Below are positions 1 to 8,000 of a DNA stretch of 64,000 bases, in pieces (positions within the stretch are counted from its first letter, which is position 1; the number at the start of each line of letters is the position of its first letter). Source of the DNA: a virus (lineage: Duplodnaviria > Caudoviricetes). The notes beneath the pieces were generated by a model, which saw only the letters and a program-made list of their open reading frames with translations, was not told the origin of the DNA and searched no databases. Location: the IMG/VR virus record IMGVR_UViG_3300020577_010124, positions 32,001-96,000 of that record; one strand, 5' to 3'. Made by a program: the position numbers and the translations under genes.

Positions 1-5
1 GACTT

Positions 6-974
6 ATGAAAATAGTTGTAACTGGCGGAGCGGGGTTTATTGGTTCAAATTTTATTCGATTACTTCTTCGCGCTGATAAATCAGTAAGAGTTGTTAATGT
101 TGATAAGCTTACTTATGCAGGAAGCCTTGCTTCGGTTTCTGATTTAGACCCCAATAGACACTCCTTAATACTTGCAGATATTTGCGATAAATCAGGAATG
201 TCTTCTATAATAGAACAAGGCGATGTTGTTGTTAATTTTGCGGCAGAAAGTCATGTAGATAATTCTATTGCAAATGCTAACGTGTTTTTAGAAACAAACA
301 TAACAGGAGTTCAAAATCTTCTTACAGTAAGTCGAGAAAAAGAAGCCGCTTTGTTTTTGCAAGTTTCTACAGACGAAGTGTATGGTTCCTTGGATTATCA
401 CCAATGCTCTTCTAAAGAAACCGATGTTCTTATTCCTTCTTCTCCTTATAGCGCTTCTAAAGCAGCAGGCGAGATGATGTGCTTTGCTGCCATGAAAACA
501 TATGGGCAACCTGTAATCATAACAAGATCCTCAAATAACTATGGACCTTATCAATATCCTGAAAAAATGATTCCTCGGTTCATAACTAATCTCATGCGAG
601 GAGAAAAAGTTCCCTTGTATGGAAACGGAAAGAACGTGCGAGATTGGATTTTTGTTGAAGATAATTGCGAAGCAATTCTGTCCGTTATCTATGATGGCGT
701 TGTTGGAGAAATTTATAACATTGGTGGCGGCAATGAGTTAATGAATTTTGAACTAACCCAAATGATTCTTGAGCATATGGGAAAGGATAGCTCGTCCATA
801 GAATATGTAAAAGACCGCCTTGGACATGATTTGCGATACTCTGTGGATTCTTCTAAGATAAAGCAGCTTGGATGGAAGCCTAAAACAGATTTTCATGAAG
901 GTTTGGCAAAAACAATACAGTGGTATAAGACAAATACAGAATGGTTGCGTCTTCTTTCTGAAAGAAACATATGA
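6..974 (+). CDS. rmlB: dTDP-glucose 4,6-dehydratase
   Basis: GGAGFIG Rossmann motif, DKLTYAG, AAESHVD, STDEVYG, YSASK catalytic YxxxK, NNYGPYQYPEK, RDWIFVED, GHDLRY. Confidence 0.96.
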   Translation: MKIVVTGGAGFIGSNFIRLLLRADKSVRVVNVDKLTYAGSLASVSDLDPNRHSLILADICDKSGMSSIIEQGDVVVNFAAESHVDNSIANANVFLETNITGVQNLLTVSREKEAALFLQVSTDEVYGSLDYHQCSSKETDVLIPSSPYSASKAAGEMMCFAAMKTYGQPVIITRSSNNYGPYQYPEKMIPRFITNLMRGEKVPLYGNGKNVRDWIFVEDNCEAILSVIYDGVVGEIYNIGGGNELMNFELTQMILEHMGKDSSSIEYVKDRLGHDLRYSVDSSKIKQLGWKPKTDFHEGLAKTIQWYKTNTEWLRLLSERNI

Positions 975-1795
975 AATACCTAATCGTTGGCAATGGATAC
1001 CTTGGAAATCAGATAGCAAAAGCTCTTGACGGAGTTGTATGTACTGAAAAAGTTACAACTCAAAGTTCAATCAGCAGCTATATTTGGAGCCATCAACCAG
1101 TTTGCGTAATCAATTGCGTTGGTAAAACTGGTAAACCAAATGTTGATTGGTGCGAAAGCAATCAAGAAGAAACGTTCTTTTCGAATGTTGTTGTTCCTAG
1201 TTACATATGGAACGCTTGTAATCAATTTAAAGTAAAGATGGTTCATATTGGTAGTGGCTGTATCTATAGTGGCGATAATGAAGGTAAAGGATATTCAGAA
1301 GAAGATGTTCCAAATTTTGACGGAAGCTATTATAGTTGGACTAAGATTGTTTCAGAGAGATTTTTGAAATCCCATGACGTACTTCAGCTTCGTATTCGTA
1401 TGCCAATGAGCGATGAATATAACCCAAGAAATCTAGTAACCAAACTGCTTGGTTACAAAAAAGTTTTGAGCGAACCAAACTCAATAACATATGTTCCTGA
1501 TATGATTGAGGTACTGCGTCAGCTTTTGGATAAAGACGCTACAGGCATTTATAACGTTGTAAATAAGGGACCAATGCTGCATCCTTCGATAATTGATACG
1601 TATAAAGCGTTGACAGGAAATACTGATTTGCTTTATGAAATCATTGGACTTCAAGAGCTTGATAGTTTGATTGTCGCAAAGAGATCAAACTGCGTGTTGT
1701 CTATAGATAAATTGGAAAAACTTGGGATATCTATGCCAGAAGCTAAAGATGCCGTTTATCGTTGTATTTCTAAATACGTAGAAAGCGAGAAGTAA
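971..1795 (+). CDS. bifunctional NDP-4-keto-6-deoxyglucose 3,5-epimerase/4-reductase (NRS/ER, UER1-like; RmlD-related SDR)
   Basis: GNGYLG, GKTGKPNVDWCES, GCIY, EEDVPNFDGSYYSWTK, LRIRMP, NPRNLVTK, PNSIT, RSNCVL: motif set of the plant UER1/NRS-ER family rather than classical RmlD. ATGA overlap with rmlB. Confidence 0.85.
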   Translation: MKYLIVGNGYLGNQIAKALDGVVCTEKVTTQSSISSYIWSHQPVCVINCVGKTGKPNVDWCESNQEETFFSNVVVPSYIWNACNQFKVKMVHIGSGCIYSGDNEGKGYSEEDVPNFDGSYYSWTKIVSERFLKSHDVLQLRIRMPMSDEYNPRNLVTKLLGYKKVLSEPNSITYVPDMIEVLRQLLDKDATGIYNVVNKGPMLHPSIIDTYKALTGNTDLLYEIIGLQELDSLIVAKRSNCVLSIDKLEKLGISMPEAKDAVYRCISKYVESEK

Positions 1796-1796
1796 T

Positions 1797-2534
1797 ATGA
1801 AGGGAGTATTGTTGGCGGGCGGCTCAGGTACTCGATTGTTGCCTCTTACAAAGGTTACAAATAAGCATCTGTTACCAGTTTATAACAAACCAATGATTTA
1901 TTATCCACTCAATACATTGAAAAGCATGGGTATTGAGGAGGTTTTGATTGTCTCGGGACGAGATCATTGCGGACATATTCTTCAGCTTCTAGGAAGCGGT
2001 AAAGAGTTTGGCATGAGCATTTCTTATGAAATCCAAGAAGAGGCAGGAGGTATTGCTCAGGCTCTAAGTCTTGCCGAAGGATTTGCAAAAGGAGATAATA
2101 TCGCAGTTATACTTGGAGATAATATCTTTGAGGATAAGTTTGATATAAGCGATTTTCAACTGCGATCAAAACAAGAAGGCGCTCGTCTTTTTTTGAAAGA
2201 GACAACTAATCCAGAGCGATTTGGAGTTGCTCAAATCGTTAAAGACGAAATTATTTGCGTTGTTGAGAAGCCTAAAACCTATGTTTCAAATCTTGCGGTT
2301 ACGGGATTGTATATTTACGATCAAAGCGTGTTTCATTTTATTAAAGAACTTCGTCCTTCTAAGAGAGGCGAGCTTGAAATAACAGATGTGAACAACCGCT
2401 ATATACAACAGGGTACGGTAAGTTTTCGCATGGTTCATGGAGAGTGGACCGACGCAGGCACGTTTGAAAGCCTTCATCGAGCTAATATTTTAGCCAAAAA
2501 CATTTCGGAACAATCTAATGAATTTGTCTCATAA
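1797..2534 (+). CDS. rmlA: glucose-1-phosphate thymidylyltransferase (short form)
   Basis: LAGGSGTRLLPLT, NKHLLPVYNKPMIYYPL, LGDNIF, VEKP, AVTGLYIYD, RGELEITD, WTDAGT. Confidence 0.94.
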   Translation: MKGVLLAGGSGTRLLPLTKVTNKHLLPVYNKPMIYYPLNTLKSMGIEEVLIVSGRDHCGHILQLLGSGKEFGMSISYEIQEEAGGIAQALSLAEGFAKGDNIAVILGDNIFEDKFDISDFQLRSKQEGARLFLKETTNPERFGVAQIVKDEIICVVEKPKTYVSNLAVTGLYIYDQSVFHFIKELRPSKRGELEITDVNNRYIQQGTVSFRMVHGEWTDAGTFESLHRANILAKNISEQSNEFVS

Positions 2535-3945
2535 GAGAATGGCATTGTGTCTATCAGGGCAAGCAAGGGCAGTCAAGGCTTGTCTTTCGTCTATTCAGGA
2601 TTGCATAATAAAACCATTTGGTCACGTTGATGTTTTTATACACACATGGTTTGTTGATAAATACTCTACTGATAAATTCAACGTTAGCGGTCTAGAGACT
2701 TCAAATGTTTTTGATTGCTCTTTGCAAGAATATCTTGATTGCTATAATCCAGCTTCAGTAGCAATAGAAGATTTTGCTCGTTCTAAATATTTTCATTGTA
2801 ATAATCTATCAGATAGAGTTAGAATTGCTTTTTATGTTATTCATAAAAGTAATCAAGTAAAAAGAGAATATGAAATAGAGAATAATCTTAATTATGATTA
2901 CGTAATTCGATGTCGAACTGATTTGAAGTTTGAAAGAAGACTTACAGAACAAGATCTTGAGTGCGTAAATGATGGTTCTATTTTGATTCCGTCTATGCTA
3001 GATTTTGGAGGAGTTAACGATCAGTTTGCTATTGGAACGCCTACAAGCATGAATAAATATGCGTCTTTGCATAATCGTTTAGACAAGTATCTATTTGTAG
3101 ACGGATTACCTTATGATCCAGAACGGCTAATGAAACATCATATTAATTCTATGAATCTTGAGCTTCATAGATTTCGTTTTGATTATAGTATAGTCAAGAA
3201 AAGTATGAAGTATCCGCCAGGAAAAGGATACATAGTAACTGACACGCCAGAAGTCAAAAAGTATTTGACAATGCAGAAAGATTCTTATGACAGTCAAGGT
3301 TCTCATTGGACAGTAAATGCTAAAGATTATGTAGTTGGTAGTTATGAAGCTCATAATCGTTGGGCAGACTATGACTTGTTATTATTCAAAGGTTTTGATA
3401 CAAAAGGCTTGGTTGCTTTGGAGTATGGATGTGGACCAGGTCGAAATCTGATTCGTTTCAAAGATCGCTTTAGTCGCATAGACGGCGTTGATATTTCTTC
3501 AGTTGTTTTGGACAAAGCAAGAGAAAACTTAGAACACGAGCATTTGCCTATACCAAATCTTGTTCTTTCAGACGGCAAAAGTATTGACAGAGATGATCAT
3601 TCTTATGACGTTGTGTTTTCTGTGATATGTATGCAGCATATATGTGTTCATGAGATTCGATACAATATTTTCAAAGAGATATATAGAGTTCTGAAGCCAG
3701 GTGGATATATGTGTATCCAGATGGGTTTTGGCGGAAAATATGTCGAAATAACATGGGCCAAGTATAAAGAAAACTGCTATGACGCAACAGCAACAAACGG
3801 TTTTTATGATGTCTCGATTGAGAATGAAGACGAGCTAAAACGAGATCTTTACGAGATAGGTTTCAAGAATTATAAGTCCGATATTGCTCAGACAGGGCCA
3901 GGCGATAATCATAGAAACTGGATTTGGTTTCAAGTACAAAAGTAA
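2518..3945 (+). CDS. putative glycosyltransferase-like domain fused to a class I SAM-dependent methyltransferase
   Basis: N-terminal ALCLSGQAR...DVFIHTW...YDYVIRCRTDL...NDQFAIG (viral GT-like family). C-terminal LEYGCGPG, GVDIS, YDVVFS, RVLKPGG methyltransferase motifs. Confidence 0.75.
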   Translation: MNLSHKRMALCLSGQARAVKACLSSIQDCIIKPFGHVDVFIHTWFVDKYSTDKFNVSGLETSNVFDCSLQEYLDCYNPASVAIEDFARSKYFHCNNLSDRVRIAFYVIHKSNQVKREYEIENNLNYDYVIRCRTDLKFERRLTEQDLECVNDGSILIPSMLDFGGVNDQFAIGTPTSMNKYASLHNRLDKYLFVDGLPYDPERLMKHHINSMNLELHRFRFDYSIVKKSMKYPPGKGYIVTDTPEVKKYLTMQKDSYDSQGSHWTVNAKDYVVGSYEAHNRWADYDLLLFKGFDTKGLVALEYGCGPGRNLIRFKDRFSRIDGVDISSVVLDKARENLEHEHLPIPNLVLSDGKSIDRDDHSYDVVFSVICMQHICVHEIRYNIFKEIYRVLKPGGYMCIQMGFGGKYVEITWAKYKENCYDATATNGFYDVSIENEDELKRDLYEIGFKNYKSDIAQTGPGDNHRNWIWFQVQK

Positions 3946-3953
3946 GGAAATGC

Positions 3954-4988
3954 ATGACTTCTCAAGTAGACGTAACAGTTGAAATATCAACAAAAGACAG
4001 ATATTACACGACCTTGCCAATCGCTCTTGTTTCAGTAGCGAATCAAACATACAAGCCTAAAAAGGTTCTTGTTTTTGACGACGGAGAGGGAAAAGATCTT
4101 AGAGAAGATCCGCTTTATTCTAGTATCTTTGCCCTATATGCTTCTAAGAATATAGATCTAGTTGTTATGTTTGGGCAAAAGAAAGGCCAAGTTCATAATC
4201 ATCAGGGCGCTATTTCTTTAGCAACAACTGAATGGATTTGGCGAATAGACGACGACGATGCGCCTGAAGCAAATGTTCTAGAAAAAATGGTTCGTCATAT
4301 TCGAGACGACGTTGGAGCTATTAGCGGTTTAGTTCTTGTTCCAGGCGAGTTTAGCGAAGATATGGGAGAAGGGTCTGGTAAGATAGAAGATATTTTTACA
4401 AAGCCTCATATCCAATGGTTCAAGTTTTCAGGGGTCAAAGAAGTTGATCATCTAAATAATACCTTTCTATTTCGCAAATCAGCAGTTAAGCATGGTTATT
4501 GCATGGAGTTATCACCCGTAGGTCATAGAGAAGAGACTATGTTTACCTATGAGATAAAACTAGCAGGATACAAGCTTCTTGTTGATTCTGAGGCGGTCAT
4601 TTGGCATCTTCGTTCTCCGAAGGGTGGTATTCGATCTTATGAGCATGCATTCTTTTGGGACCATGACGAAAGAATATTCCAAAGAAAGCTTGAGGAGTAT
4701 GGGGTCAAATCGAAGCTAGAAAAACTTATTGTTTTAGATTGCGGACTTGGAGATCATTATGCTTTCAAAATGATGCTACCAGAAGTCAAAGAAAAATACA
4801 AAGACCAAAACCTTGTTCTAGCAGTATGTTATCCAGAAGTCTTTACTGACGAGAATGTAAGACTTATCTCAATTGCTGAAGCAAAGACTCTTGAGAAGAA
4901 TATGGATAAGCATAATGTCTATAAATTTATGATGGATAGAAATTGGACAGGTCGCCTTGTAGACGCATACAGAAAGATGATACTATGA
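3954..4988 (+). CDS. GT2 glycosyltransferase with a C-terminal GT9-like N-domain
   Basis: VTVEISTKDR, VLVFDD, RIDDDD (DxD), GHREET; C-terminal LDCGLGDH motif. Start moved to ATG 3954 (AAGGA RBS at 3944-3948). Confidence 0.8.
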   Translation: MTSQVDVTVEISTKDRYYTTLPIALVSVANQTYKPKKVLVFDDGEGKDLREDPLYSSIFALYASKNIDLVVMFGQKKGQVHNHQGAISLATTEWIWRIDDDDAPEANVLEKMVRHIRDDVGAISGLVLVPGEFSEDMGEGSGKIEDIFTKPHIQWFKFSGVKEVDHLNNTFLFRKSAVKHGYCMELSPVGHREETMFTYEIKLAGYKLLVDSEAVIWHLRSPKGGIRSYEHAFFWDHDERIFQRKLEEYGVKSKLEKLIVLDCGLGDHYAFKMMLPEVKEKYKDQNLVLAVCYPEVFTDENVRLISIAEAKTLEKNMDKHNVYKFMMDRNWTGRLVDAYRKMIL

Positions 4989-5470
4989 AAAGAATAATAA
5001 TTAGCCCTTATTCAAAGAAGCTTAGAAAACTCAAGGCTTCAGATCCAGATAAAACAAATCCTAAGAACTATCCGTTTTGGAAGCTTGTTGTAGCTAAACT
5101 AAAAACCAAAGGATATCATGTTATTCAAGTTGGAGTTGCTGGCGAAGAATCAATAGGTGCAACAGAGGTTAAGCTAAATCTAAGTCTAAAAGAATTAACA
5201 GAACTTCTTATGACTTGTGATACTTGGGCTTCTGTGGATAACTTTTTTAACCATTTTGCTACTTATAATGGCAAACGAGGGGTTGTTGTTTTTGGTCGTT
5301 CAGATCCTGAAATTTACGGATATGCTGAAAACATAAATTTGCTAAAAGATAGAAGCTGTCTTCGTATGGATCAATTTGGTTTGTGGGAATCTGACGAATT
5401 CAGAAGAGATGTTTTTGTAGACTCAGATGTTGTCGTAGAGGCTATAGAAAAACTCTCAGAGCAAAAATAG
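4985..5470 (+). CDS. GT9 (heptosyltransferase-like) C-terminal domain protein
   Basis: IIISPYS...KNYPFW, LSLKELTELL..CD..ASVDN..NHFA...K..VVVFG.SDP..YGY. ATG 4985 overlaps the previous TGA (ATGA). Confidence 0.75.
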   Translation: MKRIIISPYSKKLRKLKASDPDKTNPKNYPFWKLVVAKLKTKGYHVIQVGVAGEESIGATEVKLNLSLKELTELLMTCDTWASVDNFFNHFATYNGKRGVVVFGRSDPEIYGYAENINLLKDRSCLRMDQFGLWESDEFRRDVFVDSDVVVEAIEKLSEQK

Positions 5471-5536
5471 AAGGAAAACGGATAGTTCTAGGTAAATATT
5501 AGTATCGTTTATAGGTACTTTACCTAGGAAGAATAC

Positions 5537-7381
5537 ATGCCCTTTTCAGTACGAGTCCCCGACTCTCTTACGGAACAATCAGACGTAAGTATTTTGTCCC
5601 CAACAGAGGGGCAAGGTTTGATATTTAATCAAACAACTGGCAAATGGGAAAATAGAATTGTAGCAGGAACGTCAGGCTATAGCGGCTACTCTGGATCAAG
5701 TGGTTTTTCTGGTTACAGCGGCAATTCAGGATATTCAGGTTACATTGGCATATCTGGTTATTCTGGTTATTCTGGTAGATCTGGTTTCTCTGGCTACAGT
5801 TCAGTTTCAGGTTTTTCTGGTTATAGTTCAGCTTCAGGCTTTTCAGGATATATTGGTCAAAGTGGTTTTTCTGGCTATAGCGGTAGATCAGGTTTTAGCG
5901 GCTATTCTGGTATAGGAACCTCTGGGTTCAGTGGTTATAGCTCATTATCAGGATTTAGCGGTTATTCAAGTACAAGTGGATTTAGCGGTTATAGTTCAAC
6001 CTCTGGCTTCTCTGGTTATATAGGTCTATCAGGTTTCTCAGGTTACATAGGCCTATCAGGGTTCAGTGGTTATTCTTCTACAAGTGGTTTCTCTGGATAT
6101 TCTGGTCAGTCTGGATTTTCTGGCTATATTGGAATATCAGGATTTTCAGGCTATAGTTCCATAAGTGGTTTTAGCGGCTATTCAGGACAATCAGGATTTA
6201 GTGGTTACATTGGTGTTTCAGGATTTTCTGGCTATATTGGGACAAGCGGTTTCTCAGGCTACTCTTCGGTTTCTGGTTTTTCAGGATATAGTTCTCAATC
6301 AGGATTCTCGGGATACTCAGGTAAATCAGGTTTTTCTGGTTATTCAGGATTAACTGGTCTTTCTGGTTTTAGTGGTTATAGTTCTTTGTCAGGATTTAGT
6401 GGTTATTTAGGACAGTCAGGTTTCTCTGGATATTCAGGCGCAGGTTTCTCAGGTTTTTCTGGATACTCTTCAACATCTGGATTTAGTGGTTATAGTTCGA
6501 TTTCAGGATTTTCAGGATACTCTGGAATAATAGGTAGTTCAGGATTTTCTGGATATGTTGGAACTTCAGGGTTCTCGGGATACTCAGGTTTTAGTGGATT
6601 AGATGGTAATGATGGAGCATCAATAGTTTGGAAAGGCGACTATAATAATGGTTATGCTTATTACCATATTAATGATGCTGTTTACTATCAAGGTAATGCA
6701 TATATATGTATAGGAGGAAGCGGTCTTCAAGGCATTAATCCAACAGATACTAATTTTTGGGGCTTAATGGCGTTGGGTGGAGCGTCAGGTTTTAGTGGAT
6801 ATTCTGGAAGTACGGGAACAGATGGAGGTTCAGGATTCTCTGGATACTCTTCAACATCAGGTTTTAGTGGATATTCTGGTAAGTCAGGATTCTCTGGTTA
6901 TTCTGCATCATCAGGATTTTCAGGTTACTCAGGCGCTGGATTGAGTGGCTTTTCTGGATATTCCTCAGTAGGGTTGTCGGGTTTCTCAGGATATTCAGCA
7001 ACAGGATTAAGTGGATTTAGTGGCTATTCGGCAACAGGTCAATCAGGCTTCAGTGGATATTCAGGAGCAGGTTTGAGTGGATTCTCGGGTTATAGCTCAA
7101 CTTCTGGTTTTAGTGGTTATTCAAGCGTTGGATTGAGTGGTTTTTCTGGATATTCAGGCGGTACAGGTACTGATGGAAATTCGGGATTTAGCGGATATAT
7201 TGGATTTTCAGGTTTTAGTGGATATTCTGCGATAGGAAATTCAGGATTTTCAGGGTATAGCGGTATAGGAAACTCTGGTTTCTCAGGTTTCAGTTCTATA
7301 TCAGGTTTCAGTGGTTATTCGGGCGGAGGCGGCGGTGGAGTTAGTATGGCTTTTGTAATAGCTATGGCTACAGCTTTGTGA
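5537..7381 (+). CDS. Ser/Gly-rich SGFSGY-repeat fibre protein (collagen-like/polyglycine-II candidate)
   Basis: About 45 SGFSGY units. N-terminal DVSILSPTEGQGLIFNQTTGKWEN phage-fibre motif, central WKGDY...DAVYYQGNAY...NP...FW module, C-terminal FVIAMATAL. Confidence 0.75.
   Translation: MPFSVRVPDSLTEQSDVSILSPTEGQGLIFNQTTGKWENRIVAGTSGYSGYSGSSGFSGYSGNSGYSGYIGISGYSGYSGRSGFSGYSSVSGFSGYSSASGFSGYIGQSGFSGYSGRSGFSGYSGIGTSGFSGYSSLSGFSGYSSTSGFSGYSSTSGFSGYIGLSGFSGYIGLSGFSGYSSTSGFSGYSGQSGFSGYIGISGFSGYSSISGFSGYSGQSGFSGYIGVSGFSGYIGTSGFSGYSSVSGFSGYSSQSGFSGYSGKSGFSGYSGLTGLSGFSGYSSLSGFSGYLGQSGFSGYSGAGFSGFSGYSSTSGFSGYSSISGFSGYSGIIGSSGFSGYVGTSGFSGYSGFSGLDGNDGASIVWKGDYNNGYAYYHINDAVYYQGNAYICIGGSGLQGINPTDTNFWGLMALGGASGFSGYSGSTGTDGGSGFSGYSSTSGFSGYSGKSGFSGYSASSGFSGYSGAGLSGFSGYSSVGLSGFSGYSATGLSGFSGYSATGQSGFSGYSGAGLSGFSGYSSTSGFSGYSSVGLSGFSGYSGGTGTDGNSGFSGYIGFSGFSGYSAIGNSGFSGYSGIGNSGFSGFSSISGFSGYSGGGGGGVSMAFVIAMATAL
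5670..6600 (+). repeat. coding tandem repeat block 1 (SGFSGY + 3-6 aa spacer, ~30 units)
   Basis: Mostly 27-nt periodicity with heavy synonymous codon variation. Confidence 0.95.
6785..7325 (+). repeat. coding tandem repeat block 2 (SGFSGY + 3/5/9 aa spacer, ~16 units)
   Basis: Seen directly in the translation. Confidence 0.95.
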
Positions 7382-7388
7382 GGATTAT

Positions 7389-7982
7389 ATGAAGAGATTA
7401 TTAGGAACAGATGTTAGCGGCAGTTACGCTTTTAGTGCAGCAGGTAAGACCGTGACATTTTCTGGTTTATCTTACACTATAACTTTAGCTAATATTTTAC
7501 TCATAACAAATGTTACCGCTAATACTATCATTTATAATTTTGCAGATCCAACAAACGGGGCTGCTAGTTTCAATAATAACATATTGACATTGGATTATGA
7601 TACGACTTCAATGGCTGATGGAAATGTATTACAGATATATCTTGATCTTGAAAGCAATGAAGAGAGCTTGCATGCTTTGTTAAGAAGAATGAACAAGTTG
7701 CTTGAAAGCAATGCAGTAGTCGATAGCTCTTTAAGACAAAGAGTTGTTGTTGAAGCGGCTCCAACAACTGCTGTAACTTTAGCTTCGGCTCCAACAACTG
7801 CTGTTACAAATACTACTGGTTTTGGTACAGCATATACAATAAACACCCCAACAAGCCCTTATGGACAAGTTTCATCTAACGTATTGGCTGTTTACGAAGC
7901 CCCAGTAGATCAGCGTTGGAGAATTGTTGATGCGGCAAGAACGGCCTATGCAGTTGGAATTAGACAGAATTTGACGTTTTGA
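7389..7982 (+). CDS. putative virion structural protein
   Basis: ILLITNVTANTIIYNFADP motif typical of phage structural/fibre-attachment proteins; GAGGA RBS; lies between fibre genes. Confidence 0.55.
   Translation: MKRLLGTDVSGSYAFSAAGKTVTFSGLSYTITLANILLITNVTANTIIYNFADPTNGAASFNNNILTLDYDTTSMADGNVLQIYLDLESNEESLHALLRRMNKLLESNAVVDSSLRQRVVVEAAPTTAVTLASAPTTAVTNTTGFGTAYTINTPTSPYGQVSSNVLAVYEAPVDQRWRIVDAARTAYAVGIRQNLTF
7756..7804 (+). repeat. 19-bp direct repeat (cggctccaacaactgctgt x2, 30-nt period; APTTAVT x2)
   Basis: Exact copies at 7756-7774 and 7786-7804. Confidence 0.9.
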
Positions 7983-8000
7983 TTTTGGAGAATACATTAG

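Noticed and set aside
1-5470. Bacterial O-antigen/LPS locus or a host-prophage boundary
   Set aside because: No wzx/wzy/ABC exporter, integrase or att site is visible, and the genes are co-oriented and contiguous with phage fibre genes. Sequence upstream of the window is not visible.
5670-7325. CRISPR array or DNA-level satellite
   Set aside because: The periodicity comes from a protein repeat; nucleotide copies differ at synonymous sites and there are no identical repeats with unique spacers.
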